A stretch of DNA of 64,000 nt from Spirochaetia bacterium. Its GTDB lineage: Bacteria > Spirochaetota > Spirochaetia > DSM-2461. The stretch is taken from assembly GCA_963666985.2 (NCBI GenBank), contig CAXXIA010000002.1, positions 672,001 through 736,000 on the forward strand, given 5' to 3'. The number at the start of each line of letters is the position of its first letter. The stretch's first letter is position 1. The notes under the pieces are model-generated. The model was not told where the DNA came from and did not search any database. It saw nothing but the letters and a program-made list of their open reading frames with translations. The position numbers and the translations under genes were made by a program. Shown piece by piece: positions 50,554-60,869 of this stretch.

Positions 50554-52062
50554 ATGAAAAAGGGAATCCCACTGTTAACAGTTCTTCTGGGAATGGTTTT
50601 CCTAACACCCATATTCGCCAATGGCGATATGGAACAAAATGCGAATGGTGATGGGATACAGGAAGTTAATGTTGTTTTTGTTCAGCTGTCTGCATCTCTG
50701 CCGGATCTCAGTATTGTCGAAGCGGCCATTAATGAGAGAACGGAATCGGAAATCAATGCTCATATCAATCTGGTAGGCCTGCCAATTTCCAATTACAGCC
50801 AGCAGATCAGATTGATGCTGGCCTCCCGGGAAAAAATGGATCTGTTCCTGACCGGAACGCTCCCTTTCTTTGATTTTCCCGGACAGCTGGCAAACAAACA
50901 GCTTCTTCCCTTGAATGAGCCTTTGAATGCCTACGGTCAGGAACTCCAGGATACCGTCGGCGATTTCCTCAACGTGTCCAAGGCCGGTGGAAATATTTAT
51001 GCGGTTCCCACGTTCCGGGATGAAGCCAAAGCCCCCGGATACGGGATTCGCGCCGATCTTGTTGAGAAATATAATATTGATCTTTCCCAAATCCGCTCAA
51101 TTGAAGATATTGAGCCAATTCTTGCTCTAATTCGTGAAAATGAGCCGGATTTAATACCTTTCAATCCTTGTCAGGAAATGAGCACCGGCCTTGATGTATC
51201 CATACATATTCCCGGTGGAGATCCCCTGAGCAGTGATCATTACTTTACGGGCGTTCTTATGGATGCGGACAACGGCAACACCAAGTTGGTCAACTATTAT
51301 GAGACCCCTCAGGCAAAGAACCTTTTCGAGATGACAAGAAGGTGGTATCAGGCCGGGTATATCGGAAAGAGCTTCCTGACCGGAACAGAGTCCGGAACTC
51401 AGCTTGTTCAGGCCGGAAGGTTGGCATCACTAATTCAGGATGTGAAGCCCGGCGTGGAGTCGCAACTCAGCAACCAATGCGGAATGCCGATGCGAGTAGT
51501 ACCATTAGCCGAGCCTATTTCCTACACTGGGGTTGTTGGAGCTTTTATGTGGGCAGTTCCGAATTATACAGACGTTCCGGAGGCTGCCGTAAGATTTCTC
51601 AATATGATGTACTCCGATGAAGATATAATAAACAAGCTAATCTGGGGCATTGAGGGGCGTCATTACGTTATAACCGACGATGGAACCATCGACTATCCGG
51701 AAGGTATCGATGCCAACACCTCCGGATATCCCATGTTTTCAAGTTTCCTGTGGGGTAACTCCCTAAAATCCCATATTTTCAAAGGCGATTCCATCACATT
51801 GTGGGATGACACTCAGGAATTTAATGACACAGCCGTTAAATCCGTAGGTTTGGGCTTCATTTTCGATCCTACTCCGGTGAAGACCGAGTACGCGGCTTGT
51901 ACCAATGTTTGGCAGCAATATGAAAAGGTGCTGGGCATCGGAGCCGCAGATCCTGATGAATTACTGGAGGAATTTATCAGCAACCTCAAAGACGCCGGTG
52001 TCGATGCGATTATCACCGAGAAACAGAGACAGTTTGACGCATGGCTTAAACTGAACAACTGA
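50554..52062 (+). CDS. ABC transporter substrate-binding protein (LplA/DUF3502 type)
   Basis: GAGGAGG RBS; IFANG signal; 'WGIEGRHY', 'GFIFDPTPVKTE', 'EKQRQFDAW'. Confidence 0.88.
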   Translation: MKKGIPLLTVLLGMVFLTPIFANGDMEQNANGDGIQEVNVVFVQLSASLPDLSIVEAAINERTESEINAHINLVGLPISNYSQQIRLMLASREKMDLFLTGTLPFFDFPGQLANKQLLPLNEPLNAYGQELQDTVGDFLNVSKAGGNIYAVPTFRDEAKAPGYGIRADLVEKYNIDLSQIRSIEDIEPILALIRENEPDLIPFNPCQEMSTGLDVSIHIPGGDPLSSDHYFTGVLMDADNGNTKLVNYYETPQAKNLFEMTRRWYQAGYIGKSFLTGTESGTQLVQAGRLASLIQDVKPGVESQLSNQCGMPMRVVPLAEPISYTGVVGAFMWAVPNYTDVPEAAVRFLNMMYSDEDIINKLIWGIEGRHYVITDDGTIDYPEGIDANTSGYPMFSSFLWGNSLKSHIFKGDSITLWDDTQEFNDTAVKSVGLGFIFDPTPVKTEYAACTNVWQQYEKVLGIGAADPDELLEEFISNLKDAGVDAIITEKQRQFDAWLKLNN

Positions 52063-52088
52063 TTATAATTCACAGAATATAAAAACAT

Positions 52089-52120
52089 ACCGTTCCGGAT
52101 TCAAGGAAATCCGGAACGGT
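52089..52120 (+). other. Intercistronic hairpin after the SBP gene
   Basis: ACCGTTCCGGATT-CAAGGA-AATCCGGAACGGT. Confidence 0.55.
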
Positions 52121-52202
52121 TCGGAAGGGTCTATTTTTCACATCGCCCAACAGCGGATGAACGAATTAAGCCATGCCCGTAAAGATAAGCAAATAAGGAC
52201 GA

Positions 52203-53135
52203 ATGATGAAGCCTCCAGCGCTGAAAAATAAATCCAGTTTTCGGAGATACCTGCCGCTGTTTCTGATGATGATACCGGGACTCCTATATCTTTTAATCAA
52301 CAATTACATACCTATGGCCGGTTTGGTAATCGCATTTAAGGACATTGACTATTCCGTGGGGATACTGAAAAGCCCTTGGTGCGGATTGAAGAATTTTGAG
52401 TATCTCTTCAAGACCTCCGACGCAATGATTATTACGAGGAATACCATTTGCTACAATGCGGTGTTTATCGCCCTGACGACGTTTTTTGCGGTGATTACGG
52501 CTGTCTTGTTGAATGAATTAAAGAGCCGCTTCCTTCTGAAGCTCTATCAAAGCCTGATACTGCTTCCGTATTTGATATCCATGATTATCGTTGCTTACTT
52601 GGTTTATGCTGTGCTCAGTGTTGATACGGGGTTTTTTAACAACAGTATTCTTCCCTTTCTGGGACTTGATGGTATCGACTGGTACAGCCGACCCGAATTT
52701 TGGCCTTTCATCCTGACATTTGTGAATCTTTGGAAGAATGTCGGATACCTGTGCATCATATATTTCGCATCCCTTGTCGGTATCGATCAGGAATGTTACG
52801 AAGCCGCCATGCTGGACGGTGCGTCCAGGCTCCAGCAGATCCGGCATATAACAATTCCCCTTCTGAAGCCGGTCATCATAACGATGGTCCTCCTTCAAAT
52901 CGGGCGAATCTTTTATGCCGACTTCGGCCTTTTCTACCAGGTTCCGATGAACTCAGGACTTCTGTACAGAACCACGAACGTCATCGACACCTATGTCTAT
53001 CGTGGACTCCTTCAAATCGGGGATATCGGCATGGCTTCGGCGGCAGGCATGTATCAATCCATTGTCGGTTTCTGTCTTGTGATGCTGGCCAACACTCTGG
53101 TTCGAAAAATCGACCCCGATAACGCATTGTTCTAA
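52203..53135 (+). CDS. Carbohydrate ABC transporter permease (LplB-like)
   Basis: NNYIPMAGLVIAFKD, SPWCGLKNF, YEAAMLDGAS, VIDTYVYR. Confidence 0.9.
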   Translation: MMKPPALKNKSSFRRYLPLFLMMIPGLLYLLINNYIPMAGLVIAFKDIDYSVGILKSPWCGLKNFEYLFKTSDAMIITRNTICYNAVFIALTTFFAVITAVLLNELKSRFLLKLYQSLILLPYLISMIIVAYLVYAVLSVDTGFFNNSILPFLGLDGIDWYSRPEFWPFILTFVNLWKNVGYLCIIYFASLVGIDQECYEAAMLDGASRLQQIRHITIPLLKPVIITMVLLQIGRIFYADFGLFYQVPMNSGLLYRTTNVIDTYVYRGLLQIGDIGMASAAGMYQSIVGFCLVMLANTLVRKIDPDNALF

Positions 53136-53156
53136 TACGAAAGGAAGACGGAAAAT

Positions 53157-54044
53157 ATGCGCAAACGAAAAACACCCCTGGAAATTGTATCTATTGTACT
53201 GTTGGGGCTGGCATCGCTGGCAGCAGTTCTCCCTTTCATCCTGTTGATCGTATCATCCTTTGCGGACAACAATACGCTGATTAAAGAAGGGTATTCATTC
53301 TTTCCTTCGAAGCTCAGTATGGCCGCTTATAATTACCTGCGGGTACAGGGGCACGTTATATTCCGGGCTTACAGCATTACCATCATCGTGACGGTATTAG
53401 GAACCGTTGTCAGTTTGGCCATTTCTTCAATGCTGGCCTATGTGCTGTCTCGAAAAGATTTTCCCATGAGCCGTGTTATTACTTTCATCGTCTTTTTCAC
53501 CATGCTTTTTAATGGTGGACTTGTACCGACATATCTCCTTTATGCCAGCTACCTGAAAATTAAGAATACGATCTGGGCATTGATGATGCCTATGTTGTTG
53601 ATGAACGGGTTCAATGTTCTCATTATGAGAACCTATTATCGAACGAATGTCCCTGGAGCGGTGATTGAATCGGCAATCATCGACGGCGCCGGGGAATTCA
53701 GGATCTTCATGCAGATTGTCATGCCGCTTTCGGTGCCGATCATTGCGACCATCGGGCTTTTTGTCGGAATCGCATACTGGAATGATTGGTTTAACGGTCT
53801 GATTTATCTGACAAAGCCGAGTTTATTCAATATCCAGAATCTGCTTAATCGAATCCTTATGAACGTTCAATTCTTATCAACGACTACTGTCGGCAGTGAT
53901 GCTTCCGCAGCGATATCGAAACTACCGACTGTGTCGGTGAGAATGGCCATTGCGGTTATCGGTATTCTTCCGGTGCTGATTGCCTATCCGTTTTTTCAGA
54001 AATATTTCGTAAAAGGATTGGTTGTAGGAGCGGTGAAAGGATGA
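53157..54044 (+). CDS. Carbohydrate ABC transporter permease (LplC-like)
   Basis: TMLFNGGLVPTY, IESAIIDGAGE, YWNDWF, YPFFQKYFVKGLVVGAVKG. Confidence 0.9.
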   Translation: MRKRKTPLEIVSIVLLGLASLAAVLPFILLIVSSFADNNTLIKEGYSFFPSKLSMAAYNYLRVQGHVIFRAYSITIIVTVLGTVVSLAISSMLAYVLSRKDFPMSRVITFIVFFTMLFNGGLVPTYLLYASYLKIKNTIWALMMPMLLMNGFNVLIMRTYYRTNVPGAVIESAIIDGAGEFRIFMQIVMPLSVPIIATIGLFVGIAYWNDWFNGLIYLTKPSLFNIQNLLNRILMNVQFLSTTTVGSDASAAISKLPTVSVRMAIAVIGILPVLIAYPFFQKYFVKGLVVGAVKG

Positions 54045-54083
54045 GACCTGTCATTTTTGCAAAAAAAACATTTGGAGGAACAT

Positions 54084-54500
54084 ATGTTTGATGAATTTAA
54101 CAAACTGATGGTGGCTGAATCCGACATCAGTAACATTAAAGCCGGTGAATCTGTTGTCGGTTATGAATTCAACGTTCAATACCCGTCTTACAGAGGGACT
54201 TTCTTGAGTTGTATTGAGGCCTTTACTGTAGACGTTGATGGTGAGGAAATCGCTCCTGATGAAATGGCATTCTTTATTAACGGCAAAGAGGTTTTGATCG
54301 AAGAATTGCATGAACTGTTCAGGGAATACTGGTTCATCTTGGATTATGCAAAGGTGAGAGTGTACCGGAAGGGAGGTCTGCCCCAGGGATCCACTCACAA
54401 GGTTCATGTCTTTATGAAGCATCGGATTCCCTATACGGGATATTTCGGGAACTACATGGTACTGGATGCGCATTGTCAGAAAGAACTCGCCGTAGGTTGA
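54084..54500 (+). CDS. dgpB: C-glycoside deglycosidase beta subunit (DUF6379; DgpB/DfgB-like)
   Basis: GGAGG RBS; GYEFNVQYPSYRGTFLSCIE..VDGE...EYWFI...KGGL...HRIPY match the DUF6379 pattern; directly upstream of the alpha subunit. Confidence 0.8.
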   Translation: MFDEFNKLMVAESDISNIKAGESVVGYEFNVQYPSYRGTFLSCIEAFTVDVDGEEIAPDEMAFFINGKEVLIEELHELFREYWFILDYAKVRVYRKGGLPQGSTHKVHVFMKHRIPYTGYFGNYMVLDAHCQKELAVG

Positions 54501-54524
54501 TTCGGCAGCGAAGAGGAGAAGAAT

Positions 54525-55487
54525 ATGAATAGCGATATCAAACTCGGCGTAACATTATTCAGTTTTTCAGGTGTCTATTCTCAGCGGAGAATGGATCTGG
54601 AAGGTATTCTTAAAACGGTTCATGAGATGGGGTACAAAGGCATCGAACTGGTGGCGGCTCAGATGGTGCCCGAATATCCCGATCCCTCGGATCGATGGAT
54701 CGGCGAGTTCCGGAATCTTCTGGAGAAGTACAGCCTGGAGCTGGTTACCTGGAGTGCTTACATCGATATGGGGATACGATCCGACAGAGACCTGAGCCCT
54801 GCAGAGATCATCCAGTATACCCGGAACGATATGATTTACGCAAAAAGGGCAGGAGCCTCCATTGTTCGGACTCAGCATGCGATCACACCTGAAATCTTCA
54901 AGAGAATGATCCCGTTCTGCAAGGAGCTGGATATGAATTTGTCCATCGAGATGCATTCGCCTCATCATCCTGATGTTCCGGTATGGAAGGAATATCTGGA
55001 AATTATGGCATCTCCGGATTCGGAAGGTTATCTGGGGGTGGTTCCCGATTTCAGTATTTTCCAGCATACCCCCCATGAACCGGCGAAAAAGGAATTCATG
55101 GAAGGAGGATTTGATGAGGAGAAGCTGATGAGGGTTATCGCCCTTCATGATGCTGGGAAGAGCGAGGAAGAAATTCTATCTACTGAAAGTTTCACGGACT
55201 TCGAGAAACGGAGCGTACACGACATCAAGCACCGGTTTTCCGCACCTGCGAAGGTTGAAGATCTCGGAAACCTCTTGCCGTATGCGCCTTATATTCACGG
55301 CAAATTCCATTATCTTCCCGCAAATTGCGTGGACCCGACCATCCCGTTTGAGAAATTGATTCCCATCATCAAGGAATCTGGATTCAAAGGATATATCGCC
55401 AGTGAATACGAAGGCGGCGATGCGGAGCATACCGTTGAGCAGCTGTCGCGGTTTGTTAAGATGAACACGGCGTTGCTGAATTCATAG
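54525..55487 (+). CDS. dgpC: C-glycoside deglycosidase alpha subunit (TIM barrel; DgpC/DfgA-like)
   Basis: KLGVTLFSF, ELVAAQMVPEYP, IEMHSP, LGVVPDF, YIHGKFHY, IPFE, GYIASEYE. Confidence 0.82.
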   Translation: MNSDIKLGVTLFSFSGVYSQRRMDLEGILKTVHEMGYKGIELVAAQMVPEYPDPSDRWIGEFRNLLEKYSLELVTWSAYIDMGIRSDRDLSPAEIIQYTRNDMIYAKRAGASIVRTQHAITPEIFKRMIPFCKELDMNLSIEMHSPHHPDVPVWKEYLEIMASPDSEGYLGVVPDFSIFQHTPHEPAKKEFMEGGFDEEKLMRVIALHDAGKSEEEILSTESFTDFEKRSVHDIKHRFSAPAKVEDLGNLLPYAPYIHGKFHYLPANCVDPTIPFEKLIPIIKESGFKGYIASEYEGGDAEHTVEQLSRFVKMNTALLNS

Positions 55488-55509
55488 CTCTGGATATCTT
55501 AGTAGCCAT

Positions 55510-55543
55510 GGCCGCTGTTTCTTCAAGAGACGGCGGCCGTTTT
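55510..55543 (+). terminator. Terminator after the transporter-deglycosidase operon
   Basis: GGCCGCTGTTTCT-TCA-AGAGACGGCGGCC-GTTTT. Confidence 0.6.
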
Positions 55544-55602
55544 ATCTTAGGGGCGCGATCGCCTTGAAAGAAACATTGGCAACAGCCTAAACGTCATTTA
55601 AC

Positions 55603-57456
55603 ATGGATCAAGCTTATCTGATGAATATATTAAACCTGCGGTATGTGAAAGGATCTCTTAAGTTCAAGTTCACGATCATAATATTGGCAACGGCGTTTCC
55701 TTTAACAGCCTTGCTTGTCTTTCAGAATTTTTACTCGGTAACGCTTCTGCATGATCAAGTCGCTCGATCTCAGCAGAAGGTTCTTTCCCTATACATGAAT
55801 AAGATTGATATGGAATTGGATAATCTCGGCAGCTACATACACGGATTTCTTTCTTCCAGCCTGGATCTCGATTTTCTGGAGGATTCAACACCTGAAGATG
55901 CGGACTACCAGTTGGCAAAGATGCGGGTAGCGAATCTTTTTTCCAACGACATCATGCTTTACCACACCGCAGGAGGCTTCTTTACTTACTTGAGTACACA
56001 GGACGAACTCGTTTACAGGTATGACAACACTAGAGTCTGCTATGAAATGAAAGAATTACCAGAAATTAAGGCAACGCTTCAGAGGCCCCAGTGTTATCCT
56101 CCGGGAGTTTGGTCCATTGTTCTTGCCGGAAAAAGACCTATCCTGATACGGGTTGTGCAGACCGGCAATGTGTATGTCGGCGCCTGGATAGACGTGAAGG
56201 GCCTTCTTTCTCCCGATACCGGACTCATGGGCTATGAAGAAGGCGAGATCCTGTTTTTAGACAGAGACGGCCGATCTTATCCCGAATCGGAATTAATTAG
56301 GAAGAACCGAATCCGTCTCGAGAGCTTTTCGGAACCTTATGCCATCACAGGAAGTCCGGAGAAATATCTTGTGGTGGAGGAAGAGTCGCAATTTGGACTT
56401 TTCAGCCTTGTCGCCCTGATTCCGGATCGAAACATTCTCAGGCAATTGCCGTTTATCAGAGGATTGAACTGGGGCATCATCGTCATCGTCTTGCTGATAC
56501 TGGTCTTTTTCTACATTCTTCAGAACAGAATCCTGTTAAAACCCCTTTTTAATCTTATTTCGGCCATGGACCAGCTGAAAGACGGCGATTTCTCCGTGCG
56601 AATTTCAATGGAGAAGACAAGTCTTGAGTTCAATCAGCTTCATGAAACCTTCAATCTGATGGCTTCAAGAATCAAGGATCTGAAGATTGAAGTCTATGAA
56701 GAAAAGATGGAACTTCAGAAAGCAGAGCTTGCTTTCTTACGGGTTCAAATCAATCCGCATTTTTTCCTGAACAGCCTCAATATTCTCTATCAACTTGCGG
56801 AGATCGGAGAAAAGGACCTGCTGCAGCATATGGTGATGAATCTTTCCAAGTATTTTCAATTCGTCTTCAGGAGTACTTCTACGGTGGTGCTGATCGAAGA
56901 GGAACTGAAGCATGTCGAGACGTACCTGGACATACAAAAAATGAGGTATCCCTTAAGACTCTCGGTCAGTCTGGAAAGACCGGTTGCCATTCCGCAAGTG
57001 AGCGTTCCGCCGTTATTGCTTCAGACGTTCATAGAAAATAGCATTATGCACGGTTTTCTTCAGGATGAAGATTTGGAGATATCGATCAATATACGGGAAG
57101 AAGGAGATGATTTAAGCATTACCATCGCCGATACGGGATGCGGGTTTCCGGAGACGATCCTGAAAGCTTTTTCCGATCCGAAGGTCTCAGAGGGTCATGA
57201 CAGGTATAGCCATATCGGGCTGGAAAATGCAAGACGGAGGCTGCAGCTGATATACGGAGAGAGAGGGTGCATGAAAATCCGGAATCGAGGGAAGCCGGAG
57301 AAAGGCGCCATTGTACATATCCGCATTCCCCTTTCTCCAGCGGCGTTCAATGCCGATGGGGCCCGAATGCTTCACTTAATGAATAGTAATGCGGTACGGG
57401 TTCAGGACATCGTTTACACGAGAGTACCAGGACATCCTTTACACGACAAGAACTAA
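55603..57456 (+). CDS. YesM-like sensor histidine kinase; C-terminal tail now read from the IS end
   Basis: Two TM, HAMP, QINPHFFLNSLN, EEELKHV, LQTFIENSIMHG, DTGCGF, HIGLEN. Confidence 0.9.
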   Translation: MDQAYLMNILNLRYVKGSLKFKFTIIILATAFPLTALLVFQNFYSVTLLHDQVARSQQKVLSLYMNKIDMELDNLGSYIHGFLSSSLDLDFLEDSTPEDADYQLAKMRVANLFSNDIMLYHTAGGFFTYLSTQDELVYRYDNTRVCYEMKELPEIKATLQRPQCYPPGVWSIVLAGKRPILIRVVQTGNVYVGAWIDVKGLLSPDTGLMGYEEGEILFLDRDGRSYPESELIRKNRIRLESFSEPYAITGSPEKYLVVEEESQFGLFSLVALIPDRNILRQLPFIRGLNWGIIVIVLLILVFFYILQNRILLKPLFNLISAMDQLKDGDFSVRISMEKTSLEFNQLHETFNLMASRIKDLKIEVYEEKMELQKAELAFLRVQINPHFFLNSLNILYQLAEIGEKDLLQHMVMNLSKYFQFVFRSTSTVVLIEEELKHVETYLDIQKMRYPLRLSVSLERPVAIPQVSVPPLLLQTFIENSIMHGFLQDEDLEISINIREEGDDLSITIADTGCGFPETILKAFSDPKVSEGHDRYSHIGLENARRRLQLIYGERGCMKIRNRGKPEKGAIVHIRIPLSPAAFNADGARMLHLMNSNAVRVQDIVYTRVPGHPLHDKN

Positions 57457-58735
57457 AATGATCAGCACTTTCCCTTATCGAGGTGCTGGTTATGCCGTGG
57501 AAGGAGACCAATATTATGGACGTCAAATTCGAGTTCGCCCTCAAGGCCATGGATCCCCATGTCTGTATGAAAGACCTCTGTGCTGAGTACGGGATCTCCC
57601 GGCCGACAGGCCTTAAATGGAAAAACCGGTTTATCCAGGAAGGGCTCGCCGGGTTGAAGGAACGACCCCGTAGACCTCGCAGCAGCCCCAACCAAACGCC
57701 TGAAGACGTTATATGCGGTATTATCCGGATCAAGACGTTGCACAACTCCAGCTGGGGGCCAAAAAAGATTCTCGAGATCTACCAGAAGACCCATCCTCAT
57801 AATAATCCCCCAAGCCTCACCACCGTCAAACGCATCCTTGATAAAGCAGGACTGGTTCATCATCGAAAGAAACGGCAGCAGACCAAAGGCAGCCGAATCC
57901 AAACACATCTGCAGGCCAAAGCCCCTAATGATATCTGGACGGTCGACTTCAAAGGATGGTGGTACACTCCCGATAATGAAAAGTGTGAACCTCTGACGGT
58001 TCGGGATGAATACTCCAAATACATCTTCACCATCAAAGCTCTCCAAAAGGCTGACACACAAGAAGTTAGAACAGAGTTCGAAAAGCTCTTTTTTCTCTAT
58101 GGAATCCCTCGGGTAATCCGCTCCGATAACGGACCACCCTTTGCTTCCATGAAGGGATTACTCGGACTCACCCGCTTAAGTGTTTGGTGGCTGGCCTTGG
58201 GAATTGAACTTGATCGCATCACTCCAGGAAGGCCTTGTGAAAACGGAGGGCATGAAAGAATGCATGCCGATATCAAACGCGAATTGCAGGGACAGATTCA
58301 AGGGAACCTCTCAGAACATCAGGCACACTTTGATGTTTGGAGAAATCAATTCAACAGTGTTCGTCCGCATGAAGCTCTCAAAATGCAGACTCCCGGAAGT
58401 ATTTACACAAAGTCCAATCGGCCTTTCCCTCCTCGAATCCCTCAGGTGATCTACCCGGCCGGGTATCTGGTGAGAATGGTGAATAATCGGGGAGCCGTTA
58501 CTATCGACAGGCATAGAGTCTTTGTCAGTTATGTCTTTTCAGGATACCAAGTTGGACTTCGGGAGAATGAGGATGAGAGCTTCACCGTATGGTTTGACAA
58601 TCTCAGATTGGGAGAAATTGATTTGAAAACCTATGCCTTTCTCCCTTCAGTTGATGGATTCAAATGCTTCGTTTAAGCTTGTTTTGTGTAAACGATGTCC
58701 TGAACCTAAAATGTAAAGGATGTCCTGGTCGCTCA
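57395..58735 (+). mobile_element. IS481-family insertion sequence (~1.34 kb)
   Basis: Each end has two copies of CAGGACATC(G/C)TTTACA at 25-bp spacing, inverted between the ends; right end ...GCTCA; ATGC lies at both flanks (left boundary uncertain by ~2 bp). Confidence 0.88.
57492..58676 (+). CDS. IS481-family transposase (HTH plus rve integrase core)
   Basis: MPWKET...YGISRPTGLKWKNRF; WTVDFKG; IRSDNGPPF; ENGGHERMH; RPHEAL. Confidence 0.92.
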   Translation: MPWKETNIMDVKFEFALKAMDPHVCMKDLCAEYGISRPTGLKWKNRFIQEGLAGLKERPRRPRSSPNQTPEDVICGIIRIKTLHNSSWGPKKILEIYQKTHPHNNPPSLTTVKRILDKAGLVHHRKKRQQTKGSRIQTHLQAKAPNDIWTVDFKGWWYTPDNEKCEPLTVRDEYSKYIFTIKALQKADTQEVRTEFEKLFFLYGIPRVIRSDNGPPFASMKGLLGLTRLSVWWLALGIELDRITPGRPCENGGHERMHADIKRELQGQIQGNLSEHQAHFDVWRNQFNSVRPHEALKMQTPGSIYTKSNRPFPPRIPQVIYPAGYLVRMVNNRGAVTIDRHRVFVSYVFSGYQVGLRENEDESFTVWFDNLRLGEIDLKTYAFLPSVDGFKCFV

Positions 58736-58738
58736 ATG

Positions 58739-59878
58739 CTACCCGCTGACGGCACTGACCGCACAGCGGGTATTACGGAAATTAATGGGCGTATCGTTAA
58801 CAATCTTTTTGAAGGTGCAGGAAAAATGAGCCGGATTATCATAACCGCAGAGTGCGGCAATCTCACCGACAAGGAATTTTGAATTCACGAGAAGATCTTT
58901 GGCGAAGTCTATACGTTTCTGTATGATAAAGCCTGACGTGGAGACGCCCAATTCCTTCTTGAAAAGGCGCGTCAGATAATCGGGATTGACGCTGACATAA
59001 GCTGCGATTTCTTCGCATGTAATCTCTTCGGACAGATGCTGCTCTATGTATTCCATGGCCCTTCCCACATAGGAGTCTGATCTTCTCGCGTTTGAAAACG
59101 TGTTCATTGCATCATCGAGCGCGGAGTCTATCCAGCGGAGGAGTTCCGAAGTGCTTTCGCAGGCATCATGGTACTGAGCGACTTTTTCTTCCGTATCCAG
59201 CAGGCTGTGCGGCGATATATCCCTGGAATTGAGGATAGAGAGGAGAACGTACTGGAAATCCAGAAGGATCTTCTCCAGCAGGACTCGGTCCCGGCTTCTT
59301 TCTAGCGGAATCTTGCCGATCCAGTTCCTGACTTCAGAGCGCACCTTTTCAACCGCTCCTCCCTGTAGGAGAATGACCCAGCGTTTAACGTCTTGAGAGA
59401 AAAGGTTCTCCTCGTTTTCAGTCTCTGCGGCTTCAGTTTCGTAACAACTGAACAGTTGATCCCTGTATGATGGTACAGGAACCTGATGAACTGGCATCAC
59501 GCCCAGGGCCTGAAGAATGACCTGCCGGAGTTCAGATGACGCGACGGGCTTCACCAGATAATCAAAGCTCTTCAAGTGGATTGCCTTCTGGGCGAAATTG
59601 AAGTCCGAATGACAGGAGAGAATGATGAACTTTGTCTCCAATGAGTTTTCCTTCACCCATTGGAGAAGAGATAGCCCACTTTCCTGTGGCATTTCTATAT
59701 CACAGAGAATGACATCAACAGGATAGGATGTGAGTATATCCCTGGCCTGGGCGGCATTGAATGCCGTATGGATGCGTTCAATGCCTATTCTCTTCCAGTC
59801 CAGACATGATTTTATGCCTTCAACCGTATAAATCTCATCGTCAACAATAAGAATTGATTTCCCTGATGTATCGATCAT
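58739..59878 (-). CDS. YesN-like response regulator (REC plus AraC HTH)
   Basis: ILIVDDE, CDIEMP, YLVKP; C-terminal NPDYLTRLFKKE...CGYDNPAHFSCTFKK. Confidence 0.92.
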   Translation of the reverse strand: MIDTSGKSILIVDDEIYTVEGIKSCLDWKRIGIERIHTAFNAAQARDILTSYPVDVILCDIEMPQESGLSLLQWVKENSLETKFIILSCHSDFNFAQKAIHLKSFDYLVKPVASSELRQVILQALGVMPVHQVPVPSYRDQLFSCYETEAAETENEENLFSQDVKRWVILLQGGAVEKVRSEVRNWIGKIPLERSRDRVLLEKILLDFQYVLLSILNSRDISPHSLLDTEEKVAQYHDACESTSELLRWIDSALDDAMNTFSNARRSDSYVGRAMEYIEQHLSEEITCEEIAAYVSVNPDYLTRLFKKELGVSTSGFIIQKRIDFAKDLLVNSKFLVGEIAALCGYDNPAHFSCTFKKIVNDTPINFRNTRCAVSAVSG

Positions 59879-59922
59879 AACAGTATCCTGGCGGAGGGGA
59901 ATCTCCGCTGATTCATTATACC

Positions 59923-60858
59923 TTACAGATTGGGGCCGAACGCATTATTTCCGAGCTGTTTCAAGTAGTCACGGCTCCGGATCAATGATTCCTGCCTGGA
60001 CGATAGAGAGCCTTCGAAATCGGCATCTTCAACTTCAATGCAGGCATGTCCGTTGTAGCCGATATCCTGCAGCGCATTGATGAACGCCTTCCAGTCGACG
60101 TCACCCCGGCCGGGGATGACAGGTGACATGTACTTGAGAGGTGTCGCCATGATGCCGACCCTGTCCAGTTTTTCTCGCCAGACCTTGATGTCCTTGAAGT
60201 GAATCTGAAATATCCGATCGGCGAATTCCCTGATGGGAGCGATGTATTCCATTTTCTGCCAGATGAAATGGGACGGATCATAGTTAAGGCCGAAATACGG
60301 GCTGGGAATAAGGCTGAACATTTCCTCCCAGATTTCGGGTGTTGTCGCCAGATTCAGCCCGCCCGGCCATTCATCGTTTGTAAACAGCATCGGACAGTTC
60401 TCAATGGCAATCCGGATCTCTCGCTCTTCCGCGTATTGAATGATCGGAGTCCAAACTGCCGGGAAGACTTTCAGATTTTCCTCGATGGTTTTGCTTTTAT
60501 CCCTGCCTATGAACGTGCCAACAGTATCGATTCCCATGAGCTTGGCCGAATCAATCAGCTTGTGGATGTGGGAAAGAAAAACAGACTGTCTTTCTTTCTC
60601 CGGATCCATGGGGTTGGGGTAGTAGCCGAGCGAAGCTATTTCGACGGAATTTTCCTTCAGAGTCATTTTGATATCATCCATGGCTTCCGGAGTGAGCGTT
60701 TCCATGTCGATGTGCGTGACACCGGCATACTTCCGTTCAATCTTTCCCTTTGGCCAGCACATGACTTCAATGCTGCTGAATCCATTCCGGGAAGCGAACT
60801 CGACGATGCCCTTGAAATCCATGTCCGACAGAATTGCACTTACGAACCCGAGTTTCAT
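59923..60858 (-). CDS. Sugar phosphate isomerase/epimerase-family TIM barrel protein
   Basis: IAIENCP, GLNYDPSH, IHFKD, PGRGDVDW, CIEVED. Confidence 0.85.
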   Translation of the reverse strand: MKLGFVSAILSDMDFKGIVEFASRNGFSSIEVMCWPKGKIERKYAGVTHIDMETLTPEAMDDIKMTLKENSVEIASLGYYPNPMDPEKERQSVFLSHIHKLIDSAKLMGIDTVGTFIGRDKSKTIEENLKVFPAVWTPIIQYAEEREIRIAIENCPMLFTNDEWPGGLNLATTPEIWEEMFSLIPSPYFGLNYDPSHFIWQKMEYIAPIREFADRIFQIHFKDIKVWREKLDRVGIMATPLKYMSPVIPGRGDVDWKAFINALQDIGYNGHACIEVEDADFEGSLSSRQESLIRSRDYLKQLGNNAFGPNL

Positions 60859-60869
60859 GGTCTACTCCC

